A stretch of DNA of 17,612 nucleotides from a candidate division WOR-3 bacterium (GTDB lineage: Bacteria; Hydrothermota; Tepidihabitantia; SM23-42; CAYGYG01): assembly GCA_965648915.1 (NCBI GenBank), contig CBFGIV010000049.1, positions 1-17,612 of the forward strand. The letters are read 5' to 3'. Each line of letters starts with the position of its first letter. Positions within the stretch are counted from its first letter, which is position 1. The notes beneath the pieces were generated by a model. It was not told where the DNA came from. It saw nothing but the letters and a program-made list of their open reading frames with translations, and searched no databases. Both the position numbers and the translations under genes were made by a program. This document shows, piece after piece, positions 7,685-16,604 of this stretch.

Positions 7685-9319
7685 ATGCAAAAAGTATCTT
7701 TATCAAAATTTGATCGGTTGGTTGATGAAATTCTTGAGTTCTTATGGAAGGCTTCTCCGCTCAGTGCAACCTTTGCCGGTATCCATAAATACGACCATCT
7801 TCTCGATATAATGGAAGCGGGTGCGCTCGAAGAGAACAACAACCGGAGCAAAAAATATCTTGAGAAACTCCTGAAATTTAATCTTCGGGAACTGAGCCCG
7901 GATGAATATATCGATTGGCGTCTGTTGAGAAATTCTTTAGAATCAAACATTAAATCTTTCGAAGCGATTCGCCACTGGGAGAAGAATCCTTCAATTTACC
8001 CAGAGGTTGGTCTTTATAGCATTTTTATCTTGATGATCCGCGAGTTTGCCCCACTCCCGGAACGAGCCGAATCAATTCGGTTGCGATTACAGCAGATCCC
8101 GCGCTTACTTAAAGAGGGACAGAAGAATTTGAAGAATCCACCTGAGGTCTTTACAAAACTGGCACTCGAGGTAGCTGAAGGAGGCTTGGCATTTTTTAAG
8201 AGCGGGATATCCCAGATCAGTGCCCGGGTTCCCAAATTGAAAGACGAACTGGAAAAAGCAGCAACTACCGTCTGCCAGTCCTATGAAGAATACATTCAAT
8301 TTCTTAAAGAGAAATTTGTGGGTAAGTCCAGGGGTAGTTTTGCTATCGGTACCGAACTCTTTAATTTCAAACTCGATAAAGATCATATGCTCCCCTATAA
8401 AGCCGATGAACTTTTTGAAATCGGGCAGGATGCAAAACGTATGACCGAGGCTGAACTCGATGATGTGGCCCGGACTATAGATCGCCGTAAGAGATGGTGG
8501 GAGGTCGTGGAGGACATTAAGAATATCCATCCCCAGGCATCTGAACTGTTAGAAGTCTATAAAAGGTCGATGCTTGAGGCACGGGAATTTGTGAAAACGA
8601 AGAATCTGGTAACAATCCCACCGGGTGAAGAGTTAGAAGTTATACCCACCCCACCTTTTGAGCGTCCGACCATACCCTATGCAGCGTATATGCCGCCGGC
8701 ACCGTTTGAGAAAAAACAGAAAGGCTTCTTCTATGTTACCCTGGTCGATGAAAATTTACCAGTTAAGTTACAGGAAGAGGTTCTGCGTGGGCATCCAGTT
8801 TATGGCATTCCCATAATTGCTCTGCACGAAGGTTATCCTGGCCATCACCTCCAGTTGGTCTATTCTAATCGCACCAAGCGCAAAATCCGTAAACTCTTCG
8901 GTTCCTCGGTCTTTGCCGAAGGCTGGGCACTCTACTGTGAAGAGATGATGGCCGAGGTAGGCTTCTATTCAGACCCGAGAACTAAACTCTTAAAACTTAA
9001 AGACCAGCTCTGGCGTGCCTGCCGGATAATTATCGATATCGGTCTCCATACAGAAAAGATAAATTTTGATGAAGCGGTTAACATCTTAGTAAATGATGCA
9101 AAACTGGAAAGGGTCCATGCTGAGAAAGAAGTCACCCGGTATACTTTTACCCCAACCCAACCCCTGAGTTATCTCATTGGTAAAAAACAGATACTCGAAT
9201 TCAGGCATGACTATGAGACAAAACTGGGGCGGAGTTTTCGACTTAAAGATTTTCACGACCAATTATTAAGTTTTGGCACAATCCCGGTTGTCCTGATCCG
9301 AGAGGCTATGGGGGTTTGA
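7685..9319 (+). CDS. DUF885 family protein (putative cytoplasmic metallopeptidase-like)
   Basis: Family hallmarks PLSATFAGIH, HEGYPGHHLQ, FAEGWALYCE, LWRACRIIIDIGLH, EVTRY...PTQPLSY.IG, LKDFHDQLL; no signal peptide. Confidence 0.92.
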   Translation: MQKVSLSKFDRLVDEILEFLWKASPLSATFAGIHKYDHLLDIMEAGALEENNNRSKKYLEKLLKFNLRELSPDEYIDWRLLRNSLESNIKSFEAIRHWEKNPSIYPEVGLYSIFILMIREFAPLPERAESIRLRLQQIPRLLKEGQKNLKNPPEVFTKLALEVAEGGLAFFKSGISQISARVPKLKDELEKAATTVCQSYEEYIQFLKEKFVGKSRGSFAIGTELFNFKLDKDHMLPYKADELFEIGQDAKRMTEAELDDVARTIDRRKRWWEVVEDIKNIHPQASELLEVYKRSMLEAREFVKTKNLVTIPPGEELEVIPTPPFERPTIPYAAYMPPAPFEKKQKGFFYVTLVDENLPVKLQEEVLRGHPVYGIPIIALHEGYPGHHLQLVYSNRTKRKIRKLFGSSVFAEGWALYCEEMMAEVGFYSDPRTKLLKLKDQLWRACRIIIDIGLHTEKINFDEAVNILVNDAKLERVHAEKEVTRYTFTPTQPLSYLIGKKQILEFRHDYETKLGRSFRLKDFHDQLLSFGTIPVVLIREAMGV

Positions 9320-9324
9320 AACTT

Positions 9325-9350
9325 CAGGATCAGCAACAGATGTGATCCTG
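9325..9350. terminator. Hairpin between convergent genes, possible bidirectional terminator
   Basis: CAGGATCA-N10-TGATCCTG, a perfect 8-bp stem in the 44-nt gap between convergent stops; no clear U-tract. Confidence 0.5.
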
Positions 9351-9363
9351 GTAATCGATAATG

Positions 9364-10605
9364 CTACGGAATGACGGTAAATTTTTTTATATAATTTTCG
9401 GCCCCGAAATTGATCGAGATGAAATATACGCCAGGTCTTAATCTACCTCCATTGAAGAGTTTAACTTGTTGACCCCTCGGTTTCAGCAATAGATTAACAT
9501 CTATAAGTATACGTCCGATGGCATCATAAAGCTTGATGTTGGTTAGGGCTGAAGACTCCAGCCATAAGAATAAATCTCTTCCTTCTTTCAATGGATCAGG
9601 ATATATAATGACACGACCGGTTTTTTTCCTGTTCTGAAGCATATTTCCAATCGATGTAATGTTATTATAGGCATAACCAAAACCGGCCGAGGCATACCAC
9701 ATCTGATAAAGGGTAGGACTCATAACTGTATTATTGGAATAGAGACATTTACCCTCCCAGGGCTGAGTTGGTGTAAGGACCGGATTACCGGCAAATCTTG
9801 TCCAGGAACAGCCCCGATCGGTGGATGTTGCCCAGCCCAGTTGAATCTTACCCCGGGCATTACCGAGGGTATCAGCCCCGGTGTACCAGAGATGGTATTC
9901 ATTATTTATTATCACCAGACTCGGCGAAGCAATTATTTCATCCCATTGCGTTGTGTCTCCAGGTAAAAAGACCGGCTGACTGGAATGGACATTCCAGACT
10001 GCCCCATCATAAGAACTGGCACGACAGAAACCGTTGTTGGCCATAAAGAGCATTATTAACGAGTCGCCGTCGATATCGACTGAAAGACAGGCCCCATTTT
10101 GAATAACTGGTGTCTGACCATATTTACTCCAGCGATAACCATCAGATGATGTGGCATAACCAATTCCACAACCACCACCATTTTTCTGTCCAACATACCA
10201 CATCTTAAACTGACCATTGTGGTAGACAACATCCGGACCATAGATCGTTTTATCATCCCAGGCGCCCGGGGGCCCGGGAGCGAGGATTGAATCAGGGTAT
10301 CTCGTCCAGTTTACACCATCGGGTGAAGTAGCAACCCCAATCTGGAGAGGTTTTGATGAATCACGCCGGGCACTGTAATACATCCAGTAGGTTGCGCCAA
10401 TCTTTCGGACGCTGAAACAGGTGACCCAGTCTGAATCCCAATGGCCGGGTGGACTTTTAACAAAAACAGGATTACCAGGATATTTAACCCAGGCAAAAGA
10501 AGAGAGCGGCTCTTCACCCCCTGCTTGCCCGGTGATCTTACCAAAGTCACAGGCATCGAGCATAAGGCCGGTAAAGATAAACAAAAGTCCTGGTAGAATC
10601 TTCAT
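9364..10605 (-). CDS. Secreted five-bladed beta-propeller (GH32/GH43/GH130-like fold) with T9SS-like CTD
   Basis: Repeats WxK/RY..NPV...P..WD...; MWY; GxATSxDGxxW (SPDGVNW, SSDGYRW, SYDGAVW, STDRGCSW); signal peptide; CTD IYPDP...LYDAIGR...PGVYFI...KKFTVIP. Confidence 0.8.
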   Translation of the reverse strand: MKILPGLLFIFTGLMLDACDFGKITGQAGGEEPLSSFAWVKYPGNPVFVKSPPGHWDSDWVTCFSVRKIGATYWMYYSARRDSSKPLQIGVATSPDGVNWTRYPDSILAPGPPGAWDDKTIYGPDVVYHNGQFKMWYVGQKNGGGCGIGYATSSDGYRWSKYGQTPVIQNGACLSVDIDGDSLIMLFMANNGFCRASSYDGAVWNVHSSQPVFLPGDTTQWDEIIASPSLVIINNEYHLWYTGADTLGNARGKIQLGWATSTDRGCSWTRFAGNPVLTPTQPWEGKCLYSNNTVMSPTLYQMWYASAGFGYAYNNITSIGNMLQNRKKTGRVIIYPDPLKEGRDLFLWLESSALTNIKLYDAIGRILIDVNLLLKPRGQQVKLFNGGRLRPGVYFISINFGAENYIKKFTVIP

Positions 10606-10621
10606 ATTTTATAAGAATGTC

Positions 10622-11941
10622 TTAGTATATCTCGAGATATTTATCAATCTCCCACTGCGAAACCTGGGTCGCATATTCACTGTATTCACGGCTCTTAATC
10701 TCATAATATCGCTGGAAAAGCGTTTCGCCCAATGTCTCGCGGACAAGCTTACTCTTATGATAAAACTGAAGTGCTTCCCACAAAGAACGGGGCAGGAGAT
10801 CGATCTTTTTTAAATTCAGGTTACTCTGTTCGATTTTATAAACATTCTCTTCAACCGCCTGGGGTGGCTTGATCCTATTTTTTATGCCGTCAAGCCCTGA
10901 AGCCAGGATTAAAGCGAAAGCGAGGTAAGGATTGGATGAAGGATCGGGTGAACGGAGTTCAAGCCGGGTGCTCTTCAGACGATTCTTGCTGATCTTTGGT
11001 ATCCTGACCAGGGCCGAACGATTCATCTGACCCCAGCAGATATAGACCGGTGCCTCATAACCTGAGACCAATCTCTTGTAAGAGTTTACCAGGGGTGATA
11101 TCACCGCCGAAATCTCCTTGATGTGTTTTAATATCCCGGCGAGATAATTGTAGGCAATTTCTGAAAGCCCATAATCATCCTTTGTATCAGCAAAGATATT
11201 CTTCCCGTTTTTGAAGATACTCTGATGGATATGCATTCCACAACCCGCCATACCAAAAATCGGCTTGGGCATAAATGTGGCATAGAGATTATGCTCTTCG
11301 GCGATCCTCTTTATCACCATCTTTGCAGTCAGGATATTATCGGCAAGTTGCAATGCATTGGTATATCTTAAATCAATCTCGTGCTGGCTCTTGCCAACTT
11401 CATGATGACCGGCCTCAACCACAATCCCGAATTGGGCAAGTTTTTCACACATCGCCTTGCGCACCCTCAGTGCCAGGTCGCCCCCAAGATCAAAATATCC
11501 AACCTGGTCATGCAATAGCGGAGTTATCTTTGAACCATCGCGCTGAAATAAGTAGAATTCAAGTTCCGCACCAACATTGAATTCCATACCCTTTTTCTTA
11601 AGTTCAACAAGCAAGCTCTTTAACACCCCCCGGGGATCAACCAGTGATGGTTTGTGGTCAGGACCATATACATCGCAGATAAAGCGCGCAGTCTTTTCTA
11701 CATTCCAGGGAATAATTCTGAATGTACTCGGGTCGGGCCTTAAAAACATATCGCTTTCGCAGATTCGACCAAAACCTTCTACTGAAGAGCCATCAAACCA
11801 GATTCCATCTTCCAATGCCTTTTGTAGTTCGACAATTGTTATCGTCACATTCTTTATTGAGCCCAGGATATCAGAAAACCACAGGTCAATAAATTTTACA
11901 TCATTCTTCTTTATCTCTCTAATTATCTCGGCTCTGGTCAT
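10622..11941 (-). CDS. glnA: Glutamine synthetase type I (GSI-alpha-like)
   Basis: Motifs FDGSSVEGF, ESDM, ELEFYLF, HHEV...QHEID, ATFMPKP...GCGMHIHQS, NSYKRL..GYEAP, NRSALVRIP, RLELRSPD..NPYL; 439 aa. Confidence 0.93.
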   Translation of the reverse strand: MTRAEIIREIKKNDVKFIDLWFSDILGSIKNVTITIVELQKALEDGIWFDGSSVEGFGRICESDMFLRPDPSTFRIIPWNVEKTARFICDVYGPDHKPSLVDPRGVLKSLLVELKKKGMEFNVGAELEFYLFQRDGSKITPLLHDQVGYFDLGGDLALRVRKAMCEKLAQFGIVVEAGHHEVGKSQHEIDLRYTNALQLADNILTAKMVIKRIAEEHNLYATFMPKPIFGMAGCGMHIHQSIFKNGKNIFADTKDDYGLSEIAYNYLAGILKHIKEISAVISPLVNSYKRLVSGYEAPVYICWGQMNRSALVRIPKISKNRLKSTRLELRSPDPSSNPYLAFALILASGLDGIKNRIKPPQAVEENVYKIEQSNLNLKKIDLLPRSLWEALQFYHKSKLVRETLGETLFQRYYEIKSREYSEYATQVSQWEIDKYLEIY

Positions 11942-13503
11942 TTTTTCTCCCGTTTGATACCGACATATTCAGCAATGGACTTTGCCTGGGTAAATAACAA
12001 TAGATAATCGGGCCCACCCGCCTTGGAATCGGTCCCGGACATATTAAAGCCACCAAACGGATGGACACCCACGAGGGCCCCGGTACACTTCCGGTTTATA
12101 TAGAGATTGCCGCAGAAAAATTCTCGCTTTGCCTTCTCAATCTTTTTACGATTTCGGGTATAAACCGCACCGGTAAGGCCATATTCAGTATCATTGGCAA
12201 GTTCGATAGCATGGTCAAAATTTTTAGCCCGGGTCACCGCCAGGATTGGCCCGAAGATCTCTTCCTGAAATAGTCTGGTCTTTGGTCCAATTTCACCAAA
12301 TACGGTTGGTTTAATAAACCAGCCCCGGGTATCGGCCGGTTCACCGCCACAGAGGAGTTTACCTTCAGATTTACCAATTTTGATATATTCTAACATCGAA
12401 TTGAACGCATTTTCGTTAATTACCGGACCCATCCAGTTCTCGAATTTTTTGACCGGACCAACCTTGATCGCCTCGACCTTCGGGATGAATTTCTCCAGGA
12501 ATTTATTGTAAATCTTCTCATCGAGGATCAAACGCGAACAGGCCGAACACTTCTGTCCCTGATAACCAAAGGCTGAGACCAGAACCCCGGAAACCGCCTG
12601 GTCGATGTCCGCATCAGCATCAACCACAATTGCATCCTTACCCCCCATCTCGGCGATTACCCGTTTAATCCAGATCTGTCCAGGCTGGGTCTGGCCAGCA
12701 AGTTCAACAATTCTCAGGCCGACCTGCTTTGATCCAGTAAAAGCAATAAATCTCGTCCTGGGGTGGCGGACAAGATAGTCTCCGGCTAAGGCACCCGGCC
12801 CGGTCATAAAATTGACTACGCCGGGTGGAACCTTTGCTTCTTCAACCACTTCCATAAATTTTGCCGCAATTGTCGGAGAATCACTCGAAGGCTTCAAGAT
12901 TACTGAATTTCCTGAACCAAAAGCCGCAGTAGTCATCCCGGTCAAAATGGCTAATGGAAAATTCCAGGGAGGAACAACCAATCCAACGCCTAAGGGTATA
13001 TAGATCTGGATATCTTTTTCGCCGGGATATTGTAACAGTTTTGGACCTTTATCATATCTCAGGACTTCACGGCCGTAATATTCACAGAAATCGATCGATT
13101 CTGCAACATCAGCATCAGCCTCGGCCCAGTTCTTGCCGACCTCATAGACCATCCAGGCAGCAAGTTCAAGCTTCCTCCTTCTCATAATTTTTGCCATCTT
13201 AAAAAGATAGTTGGCCCGGATGCGGGCCGGGGTATAACGCCAGGTTTCAAAGGTAGCCAGCGCTACTTCCATTGCCTTTTCGGCTATCTTCTCATCGGCC
13301 TTACTGAAAAAACCAACAACTTCATCTTTCTGCGAAGGATTGTAGGAATATAACTTTTTATCAGTGGTAACTCTCTCCTTGCCAATAATCAGAGGATACT
13401 CTTTACCCATTTGTGATTCAACATAAGCCAGGGCTTCTTCCATCTTTTTACGATTTTCTGGTTTACTGAAGTCAGTATATTTTTCATTCCGAAAAGGTTT
13501 CAT
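11938..13503 (-). CDS. pruA: 1-pyrroline-5-carboxylate (L-glutamate gamma-semialdehyde) dehydrogenase, RocA/PruA type
   Basis: N-terminus PFRNE..TDFS; EADADVAESIDFCEYY; PPWNFPLAI; FTGS; EMGGKD; catalytic FGYQGQKCSACSR; EEIFGP; PFGGFNMSGTDSKAGGPDYL; strong SD AAGGAGG. Confidence 0.95.
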   Translation of the reverse strand: MKPFRNEKYTDFSKPENRKKMEEALAYVESQMGKEYPLIIGKERVTTDKKLYSYNPSQKDEVVGFFSKADEKIAEKAMEVALATFETWRYTPARIRANYLFKMAKIMRRRKLELAAWMVYEVGKNWAEADADVAESIDFCEYYGREVLRYDKGPKLLQYPGEKDIQIYIPLGVGLVVPPWNFPLAILTGMTTAAFGSGNSVILKPSSDSPTIAAKFMEVVEEAKVPPGVVNFMTGPGALAGDYLVRHPRTRFIAFTGSKQVGLRIVELAGQTQPGQIWIKRVIAEMGGKDAIVVDADADIDQAVSGVLVSAFGYQGQKCSACSRLILDEKIYNKFLEKFIPKVEAIKVGPVKKFENWMGPVINENAFNSMLEYIKIGKSEGKLLCGGEPADTRGWFIKPTVFGEIGPKTRLFQEEIFGPILAVTRAKNFDHAIELANDTEYGLTGAVYTRNRKKIEKAKREFFCGNLYINRKCTGALVGVHPFGGFNMSGTDSKAGGPDYLLLFTQAKSIAEYVGIKREKK

Positions 13504-13616
13504 TAGACCTCCTTAATTTTTTGTTAGTAAATAATCAATTTTAATTATTTGTCTAAAGGACAGTATTGATATTTTTAAGCAGACCGGAAAAGTTTATTCT
13601 TTTAATCTTGAGACTT

Positions 13617-13646
13617 AATATATATCCGATGCTTCTCTAAAGTCAA
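13617..13646 (-). promoter_or_regulatory. Putative sigma70 promoter of the pruA-glnA operon
   Basis: Minus strand TTGACT (13646-13641), then TATATATT starting after 16 nt (TATATA at a 16-nt spacer, TATATT at an 18-nt spacer). Confidence 0.5.
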
Positions 13647-13653
13647 CTATTTT

Positions 13654-15642
13654 TTAAATTTCACCCTTTCTCCTTCTTAAGACCCATTCAAGAATTAAGA
13701 ATAGAGCCGCGAGAATTATGAAGATTGGATGAGTGAAATCTATTATGAGGTTTTGCCGTTTAATCTGTGGTTTTAATTCAGGTTTAAAATTTTTAATCTG
13801 GTCAATCGTTAAATAGCGGCCATTCGTTATTTGAGCCAGATTGACGAGCAAATCTTTATTGAGATCCGGTCCGATCTGTTCCACCGACTCATCACCAATC
13901 GTAAACATTATGCGGTTACTCTTCTCCGGGTTGCCTTCCATATCGGCCGAGACCCAGGCCTGAAACTCACCCGGTTCTGATAGTCGATAGGCTGCCTGAT
14001 ACTTACCGGGCCCGGTCTCTACCATCGGTATGGTTTTCTTGGTAGAATAACCACTGATCTCTAACAGGGGCTCATAACCAGCTGCTGGTTTCAGGCCCCG
14101 GGTAAAGGTCTCGGCCGAAAATACAATCTCTTCATTTAATCTATAGATGGTCTTGTTGCTTCTTAAATTGATACGCCCTTTTGAACCCAAAGGAGAAAGG
14201 AGGTAAACGATATCGACGAAAAGTTCGGGAATGATATTCTCCCGACCCAGACCAACCAGATTGAATCCCCATAACCCGATATTGCGGCCGGTAATGAGAA
14301 AGACCTTGCCCGCATAATATTTACCAAAACCGAACAGAAGATACCCTTCTTGGGTCTGGATAATCTTTTCAATTCTGTCTCCGGTCGTTCGATATAAGTC
14401 AACCCCGGGAAAAGGTGGAAGATCGATGCCTGGTTTTAGGACTGAAAATGATGAGGCAACCACAGGGGAAACAGGGCCGGTTAGGTTCTGTTTCACCCTG
14501 GTCAGTGAAAAGATGTCGCTTAGAAAATCATCAAAAGTGCTGAGATTGTCTCCACCCAGAATTAGCAATCCACCACCTTCTTCAACATATTTTTTTATGG
14601 ATGTGGCCTGAGGAGATGTCTTCAGATTAATATTATCTAAGATTACAACATCAAACCGATCCAGATCAAAAGATTGGGCCTTGATCAACCGCTCTTGTTC
14701 AATTTTATAATATGTACCTTTAGTCAACTCAACAATAAAGGTTGGTGAAATTAAACTATTCGGTTCGAATGCATTCTTCAAAAATCTTAGATTTTCATTT
14801 AACCCCGAACTTAGGTAGAGCAATGCAATCTTATTTTTTAAGACTTCGATCGCCGACCGGTAGCGATTATTTAAGAGATTGTCATCTCTGATATCTAACG
14901 AAACTTCTAAGATCTTACGACCCAATTCCTGAGGGATAAATGTAAACTTAAATTCCTGCATACCCGGGCCACCCATTTCAACCGATTGGCGGGCAAGGGT
15001 CTTACCACTCAGCATCAAGGCAATATCCCCTTTTGTTCTTTTTTCACCAGAATATTTGACCCGCACCCGGGCCTCAACTTTATCTCCATAAAAGATATAG
15101 GCCGGTAAGTCGACCTCGACGATTTCCGCATCTGATTTCAATTCTCGACCAATGCCGACTGTATAGATCGGACAGGAGATTACCCCGAGCGCAGTAATTG
15201 GATCGGGTCCCTGATTGTGATTACCATCGCTCAAGAGTATTATGGCGGACGGATTATGGGCAGAAAGGGTGAATAGTGCCCTTGTAATATCAGTGGTGCG
15301 TCCTTTAAAAATCAATTTATCGTAATCTTCGATTGTTGAGAGGCTTTCACTGAAACCAAAACTTACCGCACGATATTCCTTTAAATCAGTAAGAACTGTC
15401 TTTAGTTGAGAAATTTTTTCTGAATCGGCCATACTCTCCGACTGGTCGATTAAAAGAGCAATCTTAGAAGATTCAGTTCTCGTAATAGGTAGTACCAGAT
15501 TTATATTCAGAAAGAAAAAGATAATTATCAGTAAGGAAATGAGCCTCAAGGCAAATTCCGGAGTCCTATACCGACGAAAATAGAGGCGGCCGACTAAAAA
15601 GGCCAAGAAAAGAATAAAGAGACTACTGAAAAATATCTTCAT
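13654..15642 (-). CDS. Membrane-anchored vWA domain protein with Ig-like and class I glutamine amidotransferase-like domains
   Basis: Two N-terminal TM helices; MIDAS DQSES plus TDI and LSDG; GATase-like FDVVILDN...KKYVEEGGGLLILGG; C-terminal LAQITNGRY and TM helix ending LEWVLRRRKG; 20-nt overlap with the upstream gene. Confidence 0.82.
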   Translation of the reverse strand: MKIFFSSLFILFLAFLVGRLYFRRYRTPEFALRLISLLIIIFFFLNINLVLPITRTESSKIALLIDQSESMADSEKISQLKTVLTDLKEYRAVSFGFSESLSTIEDYDKLIFKGRTTDITRALFTLSAHNPSAIILLSDGNHNQGPDPITALGVISCPIYTVGIGRELKSDAEIVEVDLPAYIFYGDKVEARVRVKYSGEKRTKGDIALMLSGKTLARQSVEMGGPGMQEFKFTFIPQELGRKILEVSLDIRDDNLLNNRYRSAIEVLKNKIALLYLSSGLNENLRFLKNAFEPNSLISPTFIVELTKGTYYKIEQERLIKAQSFDLDRFDVVILDNINLKTSPQATSIKKYVEEGGGLLILGGDNLSTFDDFLSDIFSLTRVKQNLTGPVSPVVASSFSVLKPGIDLPPFPGVDLYRTTGDRIEKIIQTQEGYLLFGFGKYYAGKVFLITGRNIGLWGFNLVGLGRENIIPELFVDIVYLLSPLGSKGRINLRSNKTIYRLNEEIVFSAETFTRGLKPAAGYEPLLEISGYSTKKTIPMVETGPGKYQAAYRLSEPGEFQAWVSADMEGNPEKSNRIMFTIGDESVEQIGPDLNKDLLVNLAQITNGRYLTIDQIKNFKPELKPQIKRQNLIIDFTHPIFIILAALFLILEWVLRRRKGEI

Positions 15643-16558
15643 CGGGCAAAAGTTCTTTTTCGCTGAGCTTCATCTCTATCTCCCTCTTGACTTCTGCCCT
15701 GACTCTGGCACCAGACCTTTTATAATAGGCTTCAACTTCATAGATAGTGTCGTCTTTTACCGGAAATGAGAAGCGTCCCAGTTCTGAAATTGATAAAGCT
15801 ACTATCTTGCCTCTCTTACGGCAAACAATCAATGCCCCGCTCACGAGCGAATCCTCGAGATATACCTTCCCTTTAATATTGAACCCGGGCCGAACCGTAT
15901 CCGGTGTGAAAAAGAAACAGAGGCGCCTGGAACGATTATGGTTAAAGTCCATTGCCTGGAGAAGAAGAAAATAATAGAGATTTTTATTAACAAAAGTGTC
16001 GCCCTCAGTGGCGGGTCGAAAATCGACCTGGCGCCAACCTTTATCCCAGTAGAGATTAAATCCCTCTTTAGGTTTGGGAATTATGAAATATCTTAAACTC
16101 GTTGTTTCAATTGCTTCGGAGAAGCGCAGGAATAGTTCTCTCGATTTTAACTCAGGTGAATATTCCATAACCTGTGGTGCAATTGTATCGGGCATAATAC
16201 TACCTTTAAAATCTTCCTCAAATTCACCGATATTGCCACCTCGATCCTGAACTGAACCCGATAGGCTATAAATTACTGTGTCCTGTTTTTCAGTGGCCAA
16301 GATAATCTCACTGTTACTGAATATGGAATAAACTCCAAAGATTTTTAGGGTCTCCTGGTTGGGTTTTAAGATTGTAAAATTATTAACCGAAAGGAGATTG
16401 GTATCGAGTTCTTCAGAAAATTTAAGGTCGATATGATTGGCATCGATAACCTTTATCTTGTCAAGCAACGGCCCAAAACGGTCAACCGGATTGGGTGTGC
16501 CCTTTTTACCACAGGATAGTAAGAAGATGAGGAGAAGTAGAAGAATTTTTCGAGTCAT
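15623..16558 (-). CDS. Lipoprotein with bacterial Ig-like (Big_5-type) domains
   Basis: Lipobox LLSC after a hydrophobic stretch; CGKKGTP..VDRFGP; two Ig-like repeats (LKFSEELD, DTIAPQV...LRFSEAIE); C-terminal carboxypeptidase-regulatory-like segment IKGKV...GRFSF. Confidence 0.8.
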   Translation of the reverse strand: MTRKILLLLLIFLLSCGKKGTPNPVDRFGPLLDKIKVIDANHIDLKFSEELDTNLLSVNNFTILKPNQETLKIFGVYSIFSNSEIILATEKQDTVIYSLSGSVQDRGGNIGEFEEDFKGSIMPDTIAPQVMEYSPELKSRELFLRFSEAIETTSLRYFIIPKPKEGFNLYWDKGWRQVDFRPATEGDTFVNKNLYYFLLLQAMDFNHNRSRRLCFFFTPDTVRPGFNIKGKVYLEDSLVSGALIVCRKRGKIVALSISELGRFSFPVKDDTIYEVEAYYKRSGARVRAEVKREIEMKLSEKELLPDEDIFQ

Positions 16559-16564
16559 GGATTG

Positions 16565-16599
16565 AAAAAGCGCGGCCGGATTATAAACCGGACCGCGCT
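16565..16599 (-). terminator. Rho-independent terminator after the Lrp/AsnC-domain gene
   Basis: Minus strand AGCGCGG(T)CCGG-tttataat-CCGGCCGCGCT, a GC-rich stem with a 1-nt bulge running into a TTTTT tract, starting 5 nt after the stop codon. Confidence 0.75.
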
Positions 16600-16604
16600 A
16601 TCAA

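Noticed and set aside
10622..13503. Gamma-glutamylpolyamine (PuuA/PuuC-like) pathway suggested by a GS-like gene next to an aldehyde dehydrogenase
   Set aside because: The GS keeps the ammonium-site signatures of true GSI (ESD, GYFD, YEAP), and the dehydrogenase has RocA-specific motifs (GQKCSACSR, GTDSKAGGPDYL). No PuuB/PuuD genes are nearby.
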